Positions 12,285 through 24,095 of a DNA stretch of 64,000 bases are shown here, piece by piece. The notes beneath the pieces were generated by a model, which saw nothing but the letters and a program-made list of their open reading frames with translations, made no database searches and was not told the origin of the DNA. The DNA is from Camelus ferus (Eukaryota): NCBI RefSeq assembly GCF_009834535.1, contig NC_045696.1:14758001-14822000 (forward strand), read 5' to 3'. Positions within the stretch are counted from its first letter, which is position 1, and each line of letters opens with the position of its first letter. Both the position numbers and the translations under genes were made by a program.

Positions 12285-12805
12285 TGTGAAGTGTGCCTGT
12301 ACAAATCCACCCTTCTATACTTGACTGTGATACTAGCCTGGCCTCTGGGAACCTCATTTCTGCCTTGGCAAGCGGCTCACTACTAAGGTCGGCCAGTAGG
12401 TGTCACCGGAGAGAGACATTGAATTGGTTGAGGAGGCTATTTGTTTACTTTTCCAGTTTTTGCTTCCTATTTCTATCAGCATCACCCCAAGAACACTTCC
12501 TCATCCTGCAGTGGCTGTTATTCCAATAGTAGCATTGTGGTCTTTCCCACACTCATAACCATACCTCCTTGGTTTTCCTCTGAGACACATGCACTGGCTG
12601 ATGATCCTCCTTCCTTGGAGATCTGAATTTCAGTTTTCTGGGGCACTTTCCCCAAGATCCTAAATTGTAATAATTTCAAATGCCTCTCTTTGCCCTACAA
12701 GCCCTAGGGGTAATACTTTCTTCCTACAGCTGCTGTCTCTGGAATACTTTTAACTTTTTACCTTTCCAGTTCTTCATAACCCAATGAGCAGCTCCTTATG
12801 TTAAC
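12285..12805 (+). mobile_element. ERV-L LTR (LTR33-like)
   Basis: ctctttgccctacaagccctaggggtaatactttcttcctacagctgctgtctctgg resembles the LTR33 3' half. Confidence 0.5.
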
Positions 12806-12807
12806 TT

Positions 12808-12810
<3 letters not shown>

Positions 12811-12848
<38 letters not shown>
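12811..12848 (+). repeat. (AC)19 microsatellite
   Basis: Perfect dinucleotide run at the tail of the adjacent minus-strand L1. Confidence 0.97.
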
Positions 12849-12849
<1 letters not shown>

Positions 12850-12850
<1 letters not shown>

Positions 12851-13146
12851 GCCTTTTTTGGGGTATGAAGAGCTGTACATATTTAATGTATACAACCTGA
12901 TAACTTTGGATATAAATATACATCCAAGCAGCCATCACCACAATTAATGCCATAAATATATCCATCACCTCAAAAGTTTCCTCCTGTGTCCTTTTGTTTT
13001 ATTTAGTTTTTTTTTTTTGTTTTTTTTTTTTGATGATAAGAACTATCCCCAAAGATCTACCCTCTTAGCAAACTTTTAAGTATACAATATGGAGGTGTTA
13101 AGGAGAGGCACTCTGTTGTACATAAGACGTCTAGGACTTACTCATC
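12850..13146 (-). mobile_element. L1MA-like 3' end
   Basis: ctgtacatatttaatgtatacaac...atccatcacctcaaaagtttcctc...agatctaccctcttagcaaacttttaagtatacaata. Confidence 0.8.
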
Positions 13147-13820
13147 ACTTTCATCTTAGGCTGGATTGCTGCTGGGCCATCCAATCTTGTGACAGAGTTA
13201 GGCTGATAGAACACACCTTGTGTTGGGCAGCTCTGATTGAACAGTTCCTTGCTTTCCATGGACATTTGGTCTCTACACATCCCAGGAGCATGACAAAAGT
13301 TACTTTTCAAGTGACACTTAGTTTTCTACTGCTTATAGCTTCTATGCATATGTTAAGGTTCTATATTTTTATTCCCTTATTGAGACTAGGCATAAACTCC
13401 CCAGGGTATCCTTCTCCACTACAGGGACCTCTAGAACAATAGAAACTCCCAGGTCTTAAATGACTGGTTGGCAGAGATGCTGGCCTACAATCCACTGCAG
13501 GGTCTTTTCTTGCTCTGGTTTACTCAGAGCCTTCCATTGCCAACCAAAAAAATATCCACAGAAACAGCACATTCAAATGCAGCATATGGTGCCTCCCAAA
13601 CTCTAGGGTACCTAGAGTTTACATAGGTACAAGATTTAGTCTTCTTTTTTAGTGCTGGTGGGGACAGGATGCAATAATCTGTTCTTTTCTTTGGAAGGTA
13701 TTTCTTGGAATGCCCAAGATCACTTAACCCGAAAAAGTTTACTGATATGACAGGGGCAGGAATGGATGCCTCTGTCTTAAAGGCAGGATCTGGGTGACAT
13801 ACTAGGGCATCCACTACAGT
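13143..13820 (-). pseudogene. pol: ERV-L (class III endogenous retrovirus) pol fossil: RT C-terminus, connection and RNase H region, frameshifted
   Basis: Manual minus-strand translation across frameshifts gives DALVCH..IPAPVISVNFFG/VK*SWAFQEIPSKEKNRLLHPVPTSTKKE..EFGRHHMLHLNVL..PEQEKTLQ..IVLEVPVVEKDTLGSL..EN*VSLEK*LLSCSW..AQQQSSLR*K*, collinear with recalled ERV-L Pol (IQGPATSVKFLGVQWSGACRDIPSKVKDKLLHLAPPTTKKE..GFWRQHIPHLGVL..PEQEKALQ..MVLEVSVADRDAVWSL..DNYSPFEKQLLACYW..AQQHSIIKWKW). Confidence 0.85.
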
Positions 13821-13879
13821 CTTACAACTTCCAAGGTTGTATTGTAGATTCTTGTATGTTTCTTATGTCCTTTACTTGA

Positions 13880-13985
13880 TTAAAGAAAGATTTGTTTCTG
13901 ATTTACTGGAGAATGTACCAAAATGTTTAGAATATATTTTCTTATACATGGTAGGCACTCAATGGAAATTACTGAATTAATATTA
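13880..13985 (+). mobile_element. L2 3' terminus
   Basis: acatggtaggcactcaatggaaattactgaattaat matches the L2 tail. Confidence 0.6.
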
Positions 13986-14174
13986 AACATCTTCCCAGAC
14001 AGACACTTAACTAAATAGCCATGAGTTGTTCTGTAATTAGTATATATAAAATGAGAGATCATGTAAATATATGGCCACAGCCAGATAGTTTATTAGATAT
14101 ATGCATACTAATGCTATAGAAGTTGAGATGAAGTTAATTTAACTTTGTTTTCGGTGAGTATACTTGTCTGACTA

Positions 14175-14555
14175 TTATTTTTAAAATACTATTTTAGGAC
14201 TGACTTAGATTTACAGAAAAGTTGTGAAATAGTACAGAGAGTTCTGATTTACCCCACATCCATATTCCCCTTTATTAACATCTCGCACTAGTATGATACA
14301 TTTGTCATGATTAATGCATGAATAATGATACATTATTATTAACTATAGTTCACATTTGATTCAGATTAATTTCCATAATTTTTTACCTAAGTCATTGTCT
14401 TTCTGTTCCAAGATCCCATTTGGATAGGCCGTTTTACTTAGTCATGTCTCCTTAGGCTCGTCTTGGCCATGACAGTTCCTCAGATTTTCCTTGTTTTTGA
14501 CGACCTTAACAGTTTTGGAGAGTACTAGTCAGGTATTTCGTAGAATGTCATGTGA
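14175..14555 (-). mobile_element. L1MD/MC-like 3' end
   Basis: ttagatttacagaaaagttgtgaaatagtacagagagttc...gtcatgtctccttaggctc...gtcaggtatttcgtagaatgtc; homologous to 61245-61620. Confidence 0.8.
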
Positions 14556-15389
14556 ATAAGCATTTGATGTGCTGAAGTGTAAAAATGATGACCCAACTCC
14601 TGGTTTCCCATTCGGCAACTTTTCGTCAATCTTCGTGCTCTCTGAGTGGGGATTTCCTGTTTTATTTTGGCTCTGTTAACATTTCTGGAAGTGGTCACAG
14701 TGAATAATGAAATAAAAGCAAACCAGCTGTTACACTGACTTCTGCAGTCAACAAGAGCGTCTAAATCGTAAAGGAGTGAGAAACTTTGAATGTTGTGCTC
14801 TCTGCCCCAGTTGATGATCAATAAATGTCTACTGATTTACTAAATAAGCAACCCTTTCCCGGCGTCTCAATTCAAAAGCCAAAAAGTGACTTTCGTTTTT
14901 TTTAAAGGGGCTGCCCCTTTTTTTGGTGACAGTTACAAAGTGAAAATTGCAACCCTTGCACAACTCACATTGCTTGTAAATCCTCTTCCATATAAAATAA
15001 TTACTCAATATACTCATATCTTACAAAAACTATTTCAATCTCTTTCTCCCATTGACCTAAACACCTTCTTAAAATATGTTTATCAACATATTTCTTCTCG
15101 CCATTGTTAATATGCTATTTTTAGAGCAGTTAGCTACTTTGTACACAATTTTTAAATATTCTAGTTTCCACCAAATAAAGAACCTTATGTTTTTGGAGTG
15201 CTGGTTATTTATTATCATATGACATTTCAGGTGAGTTTGGAAGTGGAAGCCTACTACTCATGTGCCTTTCTCTCCAGCGTATATAGGACCATGGTGTTTA
15301 CAAGTAAAGAACTGTTGTCAAATGGGTATTATGGCATAAGATTTATTCACAGTATCCATAGTCTCTGTTACATTGATCCCTTTAGCAAC

Positions 15390-15775
15390 AAATAGATGGA
15401 GGAATGTGATGGAGCTTCAAAGCTTCCAACCAGAGTTGGATTTAGCTGACCCATTGTCCTGAGGTTTGCCCTTCCAATATGGTGAAGTTGGACAAGGTGG
15501 GCTTGCTGAAACACATCCTCCTTATTCTGTCTGCTGTAGAGAGAACCCAGCAGCCACATTGCCCGGATATACCTGTGAGTGTGCTGTGTATGAGTAATGA
15601 CCTTTCTTACCTTAACTCTGTCCATTGGGAAATGTGGCCCCATACCAGCCCAACATTGTAGTACACAGTTAATTCCCTCCCCCAGGGTTGTGGAGTGCTC
15701 AGCCTGCAAGGCCATATGCAGAATCTTAAACCATATAGTCATTACTTAGGAATAACTAGGAGACTGACTCAAGAA
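15390..15775. mobile_element. Probable old LTR, family uncertain
   Basis: More GC-rich ~380-bp block ending ...gactgactca between AT-rich sequence and an L1. Confidence 0.3.
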
Positions 15776-15829
15776 CACAAGTCTATGTAAAAAGATTTAT
15801 TTTACTATAGTTGAATATTAGATAGGGTT

Positions 15830-17135
15830 ATTAATACCAATACATTTGAGCCAATAAATTAGAAATTTTGGATGAAATAGGCAGATTCCTAGGTGACACA
15901 AGGAGAAATAAAAATGTGAACAGTCCTAGATCTATTTTAAAAATTGAGCTCATAATTTAAAACCATTGTACCAAGAGCATTCTAGACCCAGGTGGCTATA
16001 TCAATACATGCTTCCAAATATTTAAGGGAAAATATAACATCAGTCCATACAAACCAAAATCTTCCAAATAAGAGAAAAAAGAAAATATACTCCAATATAT
16101 TTTATGAGGCCTATACTTCTTAAAAACAGACATAGATAATATAGGAATGGAAAATTACAGTTCAGCTTTTTTTTAATGAACATATATGCAGATATCCTAA
16201 ACAAAATATAAGCAAACCAAATGCAGCAATATTAAATCAGTAGTGTCTTTCAGTATTAAATAGCATTTATTCAAAGAATGCAAGGTTGGTTTAACACTAG
16301 ATAATTAATTTATGCAAGTCACTGCATTCACAGAATGAGAAAAGAATCATAAGATTGTTTCAATGCGGCAGAAAAAAATTGACAAAATTTTACTCCCATT
16401 TGTTGTAAACTTATATAATAAATTGGAATAGAAGAGAATTTCTTTAACCTGACATAGGTAATTAAAAATAAAGTAGCACAAATATCATACTTGCTATTAA
16501 AATATTGAAAATTTATCAAATTACATAGCAGTCAAGGATGTCTTCTGTCATCATTCACTTTTAATGTTGAAAGCTCTTCAGGGCCAGACAAAAGAAAAAT
16601 AAATGACTTATAAAGATGGGAAAGCAGAAAAAAATATTGTCATTTTTCAGAGGCGAACTTCAGTTTTACCTAGAAAATCCAAAAGAACCTAGTGATTCAT
16701 TATTTGAATTAGTGAGTTTTGCCATCTTCAGGATACAAGATTAATTAACAAGCATCAATTGCACAAACATATTAGAGGTCTATTACAATTGCATCAACCA
16801 ATTAAACTATTACTGTATATAGTAAGAAGGAAAAGTTTCACAAACATAATTTTATCAAAAAGTTCTAGACAGGAAAGTAGTTTAATGTTGCATGCTTTAA
16901 TTTGCAAAACATTTTAAAACATGCAAAACCAATATATGTTGTGACAGGTCAGCACAGTGGCAGTAGCGGAAGAGATACTTACAGAGGGGAAAACAGAGGA
17001 GGCTTTAGTAACACTTTTTGGTTCTGGACAACTGAGAAACTCATGGGTTCAGTTTGGAAAATCTCCTCTAGTTAAGCATTTATGATCTGAGCAGTTTCTT
17101 GTGTTTGTGTTAAACATCAGACAAAAATTTTCTCA
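15830..17135 (+). mobile_element. Decayed L1 (L1ME-like) ORF2 and 3' end
   Basis: gccaataaattagaaattttggatgaaat...ttttatgaggcc...gatatcctaaacaaaatataagcaaaccaaatgcagcaa...gaatgcaaggttggtttaaca, the same ORF2 segment as the young L1 at 44300-45100. Confidence 0.8.
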
Positions 17136-17169
17136 AAGAAATGTATGTTCTCTCTCTCTCTCTGTCTGT

Positions 17170-17985
17170 CTCTTTTACTCTCTCTCACTACTTTCTTGTC
17201 TCAATATATTACCCAAAGCAATCTTGTTAAACCACAAATCAAGTCACTTTACTCAATTGTTCAAACAACCTTGGGATTTCCCATGTCACTTAAAAACCAA
17301 ATATCTTACTGCAAGGCAAAAGACCCTCCATGATCTGCCCCCATGCTTTCTGTCCTCATCTCTTTGGACACTGACCTTGTAGCTGTTCCTCAAACCCAGC
17401 TCCACTTGGAATTTCTTTCCCCAGATAGCACAGCATCCATCCTTTCTCTTTTAGTTCTTGACTTAGACTTCAACTTCCCACTCAAGTGCCACTAAGGTCC
17501 AGCACTGTACTGTGACCCGCCACATGTGCTGCCCCAAATTTCTTAACACCCTATTCCCTCACGTTTTTCTTTTACCATTTATTATCTGATATCTAGAACT
17601 TACAGTGTTTATTTTCAGTCTATAACATAAAAGTACAAACTCTGTGAATACAGAGTTTTGTTTTGTTTTTTTCCTGTTGTGTTTTTGTTGTATTTTCAAT
17701 GCACCAGGTACAGAAATGTTTAAAAAGCATTTGCAAAGGTTAACCACTATATATAAAAATAGATAAACAGATTTCTTCTGTATAGCACAGGGAACTGTAT
17801 TCAATATCTTGTAATAACCCTTAATGAAAAAGAATATGAAAATGAATATATGTATATATATGCATGGCTGGGACATTATGCTGTACACTAGAAACTGACA
17901 CATTGTAACTGACTAGACTTCAATTTAAAAATAAATAAATAAATAAATAAAAATTAAAAAAAGCATGAGTTGAATGAATGAAGGA
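17170..17985 (+). mobile_element. L2 3' region, interrupted by an L1 tail
   Basis: atcttgttaaaccacaaatcaagtcac...aagaccctccatgatctgccc...; terminal gttgaatgaatgaa at ~17970-17983. Confidence 0.7.
17731..17957 (+). mobile_element. Young lineage-specific L1 3' UTR fragment
   Basis: ctgtatagcacagggaactgtattcaatatcttgtaataacc...gaaactgacacattgtaactgactagacttcaat plus (aaat)n tail; TSD aaaaagcat at 17722-17730 and 17958-17966. Confidence 0.88.
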
Positions 17986-18924
17986 GGAAAGGAGCAGAAC
18001 AAAAGATTAGACACGGGCTAATGTTAAGAGTGTGCAGATGATTACTTCCAGATGTTGTGATAAAACACCTTACGGGCAGCCTCAGGTTAGAAGCATTCTA
18101 GAAACTCAAGCAAGAATAAAGCTTTAACTGAATCATTTGTATACTTTTTACTGTTAAAGGAAAAACAAGTGAAATGTTTTGTTTACAGCTTTTAACTTTA
18201 TTAGCTACAGGGGAGCCTCCTGAAGGGAAATTCAATGGCTTAATTTTACCTTTTAATAATAAAAATGAGGATAAATTTCAATTCTTATTAATCTGGGATT
18301 CTAATTTGCTGAACTTGTTTTGAACTTTAAATGAAAATACTCACCACAAAAAAAAAAAAAAAAAAAAAACAACCTAGCAAAATTACCCTACCTTAGAAGA
18401 CTGCCTATTCTTGGAGCTAAATACTCTTTTCACACATATGACAAAATCCCAAAGTAATTGAATTACTAGAGGGATTTTTAGTATTAAAATGATATTTTTT
18501 CCAGGCTCCAAAGTGCCACTTTGAAAAGAATTGATAATATAGCTCGAAAAGTTCTTTGCTAAGCAGAATCTTTCGAGAGTGGTAATTTGGATAGGACTGA
18601 AGCAGAATTTAGTCGCAACAGGAGTTAGGGAAAAAGAGCCAAAAGCCAAATAATATGAGCTTTACTGGAATTTGGTTAGGGAGTAGCTGAGAAGCTTGTC
18701 TGATTCATTTCCAGTTATAAAAGAGATTTTTGCATTGCCCTTTCATGGAGTTTAACTTCAAAGACTTTATTAGCAACTGTCACCGGGATGGTGAGGGAGA
18801 GACCCGTGTTCACACTGTCGTTTTCAAGAGTATGAACCCCTCACTGTTTCATAACAATTAATTAGATTGTTAGAACAGGAGCTTGGCCCCTGTGTGCATA
18901 TTTTACATGTAAAACATTCTTTAG

Positions 18925-19060
18925 AGCAGTAGTTCTCAATCCAAGATGCCAACATGCACACTTGGGGAAGTTAAAAAAAAAATTTGCTGATGGCCAGCTT
19001 TCTACCTCTTTTTCTGATTTTATATTTTCCGGGAATAAGGCCCAAGTATTAGAATTGTTC
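18925..19060 (+). mobile_element. MER5-type DNA transposon remnant
   Basis: tagagcagtagttctcaa terminal motif followed by cttggggaagttaaaaaaa...ctgatggccag. Confidence 0.5.
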
Positions 19061-20704
19061 TCAGGTCTTTGAACACTTCAAAACTACAAACGTTGTTTTT
19101 ATTTATTTAATTATTTTTATGTTCAGCACTTCGAGTTCTTCAAGGTTTAAAGAAGCATCAGAAATTGAAATCCACGACCTTCATGAGAGTTGTGATTTCC
19201 TTTCTGAATAAAATATTTGATACTCTTTGAGGGTTAAAAGCCAATTGTGGTCAATACACCTGTATGTGTAAAGGATAAGATGTAATGATATGTGATGATA
19301 AATCTATTACATTTTAATGTAAAATTCTAAAGAATCTGAAGTTTTCTCAAACATGTTAGTAATTTCAGTGTATAAAATAGTTTCTGTCTATTGACTTTTT
19401 AATGTTTGTCCCCTAAAACAGTACATAATCGGTTTTTAAAGGAGATGATGAGGATGATTTGTTTTTGTAACAGTTTAAACATTTTCTTTTCTCATGTATC
19501 ATCATGCATTCTTACTTAGTAATGAATCACTTTATTTATGAGAAACATTACTTGAGTCTTTTCCTAGAATTATTATAATTGATTAGGACTAGAATTTAAT
19601 ATAAAGCAAATTGAATCAATGGCACAGAAAAGCTACCATTAGTGATCAGCTAGCAACCTTGTTTTCATCAGAAATGCAGGCTGTAACTGAAGACACATGT
19701 GAGGAAATGCATTCTTTCTTGGTGGTATCTTCATAACAAGGCTCTGCACTCTTGAATCCTTCCTAGTAAAACGGTTTCATCCTTGTTATTAAATTTCTCG
19801 TCATGAACACATTACTCAGGGCAAATCTGTCTCTTCAGCCAATGGAAAAATCCTCTGAATAAAAGTCTTAATGCCTTTCTATGACATAAGACTCTCTTTT
19901 GGAAACTGCTTGCATTTTAGATTTCTTTCATGTCATAGCTCCTCCGTGCCAGCTCTTAGGCCACGCGGTTCATTAAGGTTTTGAGCGTGATTTACTCTTC
20001 CATTCGCTGGCACCCGTGCTTATTCTTCACCTGGTGGAATGCTTTGCGTTGTGAGTCTAGTTTCTGTCTCTGCCTTGTCCTTGGACATATAGTTGCTTTC
20101 TAAAAATCTCATGAGAAGTTGGATGGAAATTGCTATTTTTCTCTTCTGTGAAGGAAAGTTTGGTATGTAGAGCAGAATGTTATTATTTAATTTGGAATTT
20201 GGTCAGACCTCTGGGACTTGTGACCTGGTTTGAATGAAGTGTTGAAGGATTTTTTTTTTTCCCTAATCACAAATAGTCAAAGATGATTCATATAACTCCT
20301 GGAGTGCTCTTACAGCATGCTAGGGATCTAGTTTAGTGCTAACTTGAATGGGAAACTTTCAAAGACAAGGTTATACATATACCATCCCCTAGAGGAGTGA
20401 ACTTTGCTGTTTGAGTTAGGTGTGCTAATTTACTACCCCTTATGGGATAATTGTTCCAGCTCAAGTATCGTAGGTGCCCGGTGGCATCTGGGGAGTCTAG
20501 GAAATGTATATTTATTGGTATCTACAAAATTAAAACAATTCAGTTATGAATGAGACTTATGATCATGAAAATAATACTATTGAAGAGACAGTCTGTGTTT
20601 TAGTATAATTCAGGCAACATATTTGTGTTACTGTATACATTTACTCAATCTAGATCTCTTTCCAACTTTAATTACCTGGAAGATTAGGGCAATGAAATTA
20701 ATTG

Positions 20705-20930
20705 TAATAATAATGAACACTAATTTTATTGGGCATTATGATAAGTGTTCTGCATTATTACTTCATTTATTCTGTTAAAGAAGTCCCATAATAGATCTTT
20801 ATCTGCATTTAAACATGAAATTTTTTTTCTGCAAAAAGATAAAGGAACTTGCACGATGTTACACAATTAAAAATGGATGATATGGGCTGAGGATGGCTTA
20901 TCTGACTCCAAAGCCAATGCACATTTCACA
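20705..20930 (-). mobile_element. MIR SINE
   Basis: taataataatgaacactaattttattgggcatta...ggaacttgcacgatgttacacaatta...tctgactccaaagccaatgc. Confidence 0.7.
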
Positions 20931-21229
20931 ATGGGATTCTCCCACTGTCTTATGTCCTGTTTCTCATGTTGCCAAGGGGGTCTAAACATTGAGTGTAGAG
21001 ACTCCTCTAATCCTGGGAGCATGGCATTTTTTAGTGAAAATCTGTTTACAGAACACAAAATCCATAATGGAATGTCCATTTACTGACATATGGTATATAT
21101 TCAGTAACTGATTGGACAAACGATTAATTAGTGGTGAAACAGTGTCAAGCAATTTACTTGATAATGGTAACCGTGATAGTAAAGAGCCAGAACTAGAACC
21201 CTGAGTCATGACTTTTAGCCCAGGACAGT

Positions 21230-21665
21230 ATTAATTTGGATAAGTTTAGTTTGGTACATGAGACTATCAAGTATTGGCTTAAAAAAAGGTAGACTTGTGG
21301 TTCCCTGTCATGTAAGTGTCCAGATAGAGTGTCCAGGGCTTTCTGGTGTCAATGACAGGGCTCTTCTATGACCTACTCTATTCTTATCTTTGGAAAAGTC
21401 AAAGGTGAGGCACACACCATCTGCTGATTCAGCATTACAGACTGCAGGATGGAGAAGAGGGGCCACGGAGGGTACACGCTCTTTCCTTTAAGATCAGATC
21501 CAGAAACTGAACATCAATGTCATTCACATTCTAAAGGCCAGAACTATATCACTTGGCAAATCTAAATGCAAGGAAGACTGGAAAATTTTAGACCTTAAAA
21601 CAACGAACTATCACAAATAGAATGAAAGATACAATGGATATGAAAGCAAACAATTGTCTCTACTG
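21230..21665 (-). mobile_element. MaLR LTR (MLT1J/K-like)
   Basis: ttcacattctaaaggccagaactatatcacttggcaaatctaaatgcaaggaagactggaaaat. Confidence 0.65.
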
Positions 21666-22134
21666 AAAAGCTACTTATTATATGAGGCATTTACTTTGAT
21701 GCATTTATTTTCTGATATTTGTACATTCAAAAGTACCACAGTTATGGATTGTGGCTAGAATGCAAAAAAACAAGTCATTCCCTTTAGCATTCCACCCCCC
21801 CAATTAATTATCTTCATTGCTTAGCTTATTACCAAGTGGAAAAGATGAGGAAAGCAAAACTTGTGAGAAGACTGATAAAATTTCATGTCCAAATGAAGGA
21901 CACATTTACCATCTACCTTACCTTAACATGAGTTAAATTAGAGTATTGATTTCAAATAAAATTGTAGTTATGATGCACACGATGTACTAGAATCAAGAAT
22001 CATAAAACAACTAATTTCTGGAAATTTTGTATGTTCACTTATGTGTGTGTAATACTTTCAATACATTTCTAGATTTTATTTTGTAAGAAACTTTTTTTCT
22101 CTCTTGTCTGACATTCCTTGTTCTTGAGTATCAG

Positions 22135-22960
22135 TTTATTTGTTTATTCATTTATTCAGTAAATATTTATTGTGTACCTCCCATATTCTAGGCATACTTC
22201 TAAACACTGAAAGTTGTCTGTACACAACACAAAACAAAAATCCTTGTCCTTATGAAGTTTACAATCTGTGAAAATGTAAGATATATTCTATGTAGAAGGT
22301 GGTAAGTGTGTGGAAGAAATGTAAAGCCGTAAAAGGGACTAGGGAATGTCAACAGTAGAGGAGAAGTTAAAATTTATAAAATATGTGTCAGGGAAACCCT
22401 CACTGAGAAGGTGACATTTAAGAAAAGATCTGAAATAGATTTGATATCTAGCCATGTGAATATCTCAGGTAGAAAAAACAGGTTGAAAACGCTGAGGCTG
22501 AAGAAGATCTGGAGATGTCGGGTCCACAGTGGAAAGAGCCAAGGTGGAGAAAAGGGAACATGAGACCCAGGAGCAAAAGGAGAGTGGACTCATGTGCCTA
22601 AATCATACTGTACATTTGTGGTTTTTCTTAACTTTTAATTTTTAAGCTTTTTTCTATTTTATTGAAGTATAGTCAATTTACAGTATTGTGTTAATTTCTG
22701 GTGCACAGGAGGATGTGTGTTTTTGATTTGAGTAAGTGAGAAAGCCACTTGCAGCAGAAGAATTACTCAGGCTGACTGGTATTTTTGAAAGTTTACTTTC
22801 TCTTTTCCATTGAGAATAGGATGAAAGAAGGAAAGATCTGTAAGGTGCTGAGAGGTGATGGTGATTTGCACCAGGGTGGTAGTAGTGACCACGGTGTCAT
22901 GTCATCAGATTCAGGACTGATTTTGAAAACAGATGCAAAGGAATTGATGGTGGCAAAGGA
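22135..22960 (-). mobile_element. L2 (L2a-like)
   Basis: ttcatttattcagtaaatatttattgtgtacc...gtcagggaaaccctcactgagaaggtgacattt...gatggtgatttgcaccagggtggtagtagtg. Confidence 0.85.
22622..22708 (-). mobile_element. Young L1 extreme 3' tip inserted in L2
   Basis: T-rich tail then attgaagtatagtcaatttacagtattgtgttaatttctggtgcacag, the reverse complement of the L1 terminus seen at 26850-26905. Confidence 0.75.
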
Positions 22961-23239
22961 GCAGTCACAAAGTCTGGAAGAAAGCTTTGAAGGAATAGTA
23001 ACAGAAGCTGCGGGAAAACAGCATCTCACAGAAAAAAAAAGTCAAGAAAAAGAAGTAACTTGGAGTAATCAACAGTGTAGAGAGAAGCTAAGAAGGACAT
23101 ATTGATCAGTATATTTAGTTTTCCCTCACTGCACAGTTAGAGGTCTGATTTGCAAATCAGTCAGATCTTAAAGATTGTGTGAGCGAGAGTGTGTGTGTGT
23201 GTGTGTTGTGTTGCATCTGAATGGCTGGGAGAGAAAGAC

Positions 23240-23610
23240 TAAACATTAAATGTATAATTTTGACAGTGATGGGCCACTCAGGAAACAAAGCTGGAGTACA
23301 GAGGAATATGATCCAATTTTAGGGAAGTCCTTAGCAAAGCTTAGTGAAGAGCTAACATTTAGGCAGGTCATGAAGGGAGAGAGAGGTGTATGTGACTGTC
23401 AATCTGAAGGATGAGTTTCCAGGCTGAGGAAGTGGGCCTCTGCAGGGAGTCCTATGGGTAAGAAGATCTGTGTGGCTGGAGTCAGTGGGGAATCACATGA
23501 GGTCTGAGAGGTCGCTTGGGACTAAAGCACTGCAGAGTTTTGAAGTCTTGGTGTTATTCAGAGCTGGATTGATTAGTCATGGGAGGATTTTATGGCTGGT
23601 AGGTACGTGA
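23240..23610 (-). mobile_element. L2 fragment
   Basis: agggaagtccttagcaaag...ccaggctgaggaagtggg...gtgtggctggagt...catgggaggattttatggctgg. Confidence 0.6.
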
Positions 23611-23613
23611 TTT

Positions 23614-24095
23614 TGTTACCAGAGGGTAGGTTTTTGCCTCACACAATAAAGAATTTAAGAGTGAGCAGTAGTAAAGCGAAAGCAAGTTTATTTGGAGAGA
23701 TACACATTCCATAGACAGAGTGCAGTCCATCTCAGAAGGGAGAGCAGACCCAACCTGTGGGAGTGGTCTGTTTTTATGGTCTGGATAATTTCATTTCCTA
23801 ACAAGTGGGAGGATTACTCCAATGTTTTGGGGAAAGAGCAGGGATTTCCAGGAATTTGGCCCCCCACTCAATTTTTGGCCTCTTATGGTCACCTTGGGAA
23901 CTGTCATGGCACCTGTGGGTGTGTTATTTAGCACGCTGAAGTGTTACAATGTGCCTATAGTGAAGCTCAAGGTCTACTGGAAGCCAAAACTTCCACCATC
24001 CTGAACTTAGTTGGTTCTAACTAGTTTTTGTTGTATCTTCAACAGCTATGTCATTCTTTTAATGGTTGTGCCCTGCCCCCTTCTCTCCTATCTCA
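23614..24095 (-). mobile_element. ERV1 solo LTR, MER41-like (cetartiodactyl)
   Basis: TG...CA termini (TGTTACC...ATCTCA), 4-bp TSD attt/gttt, minus-strand AATAAA (tttatt at ~23687); 482 bp. Confidence 0.75.
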
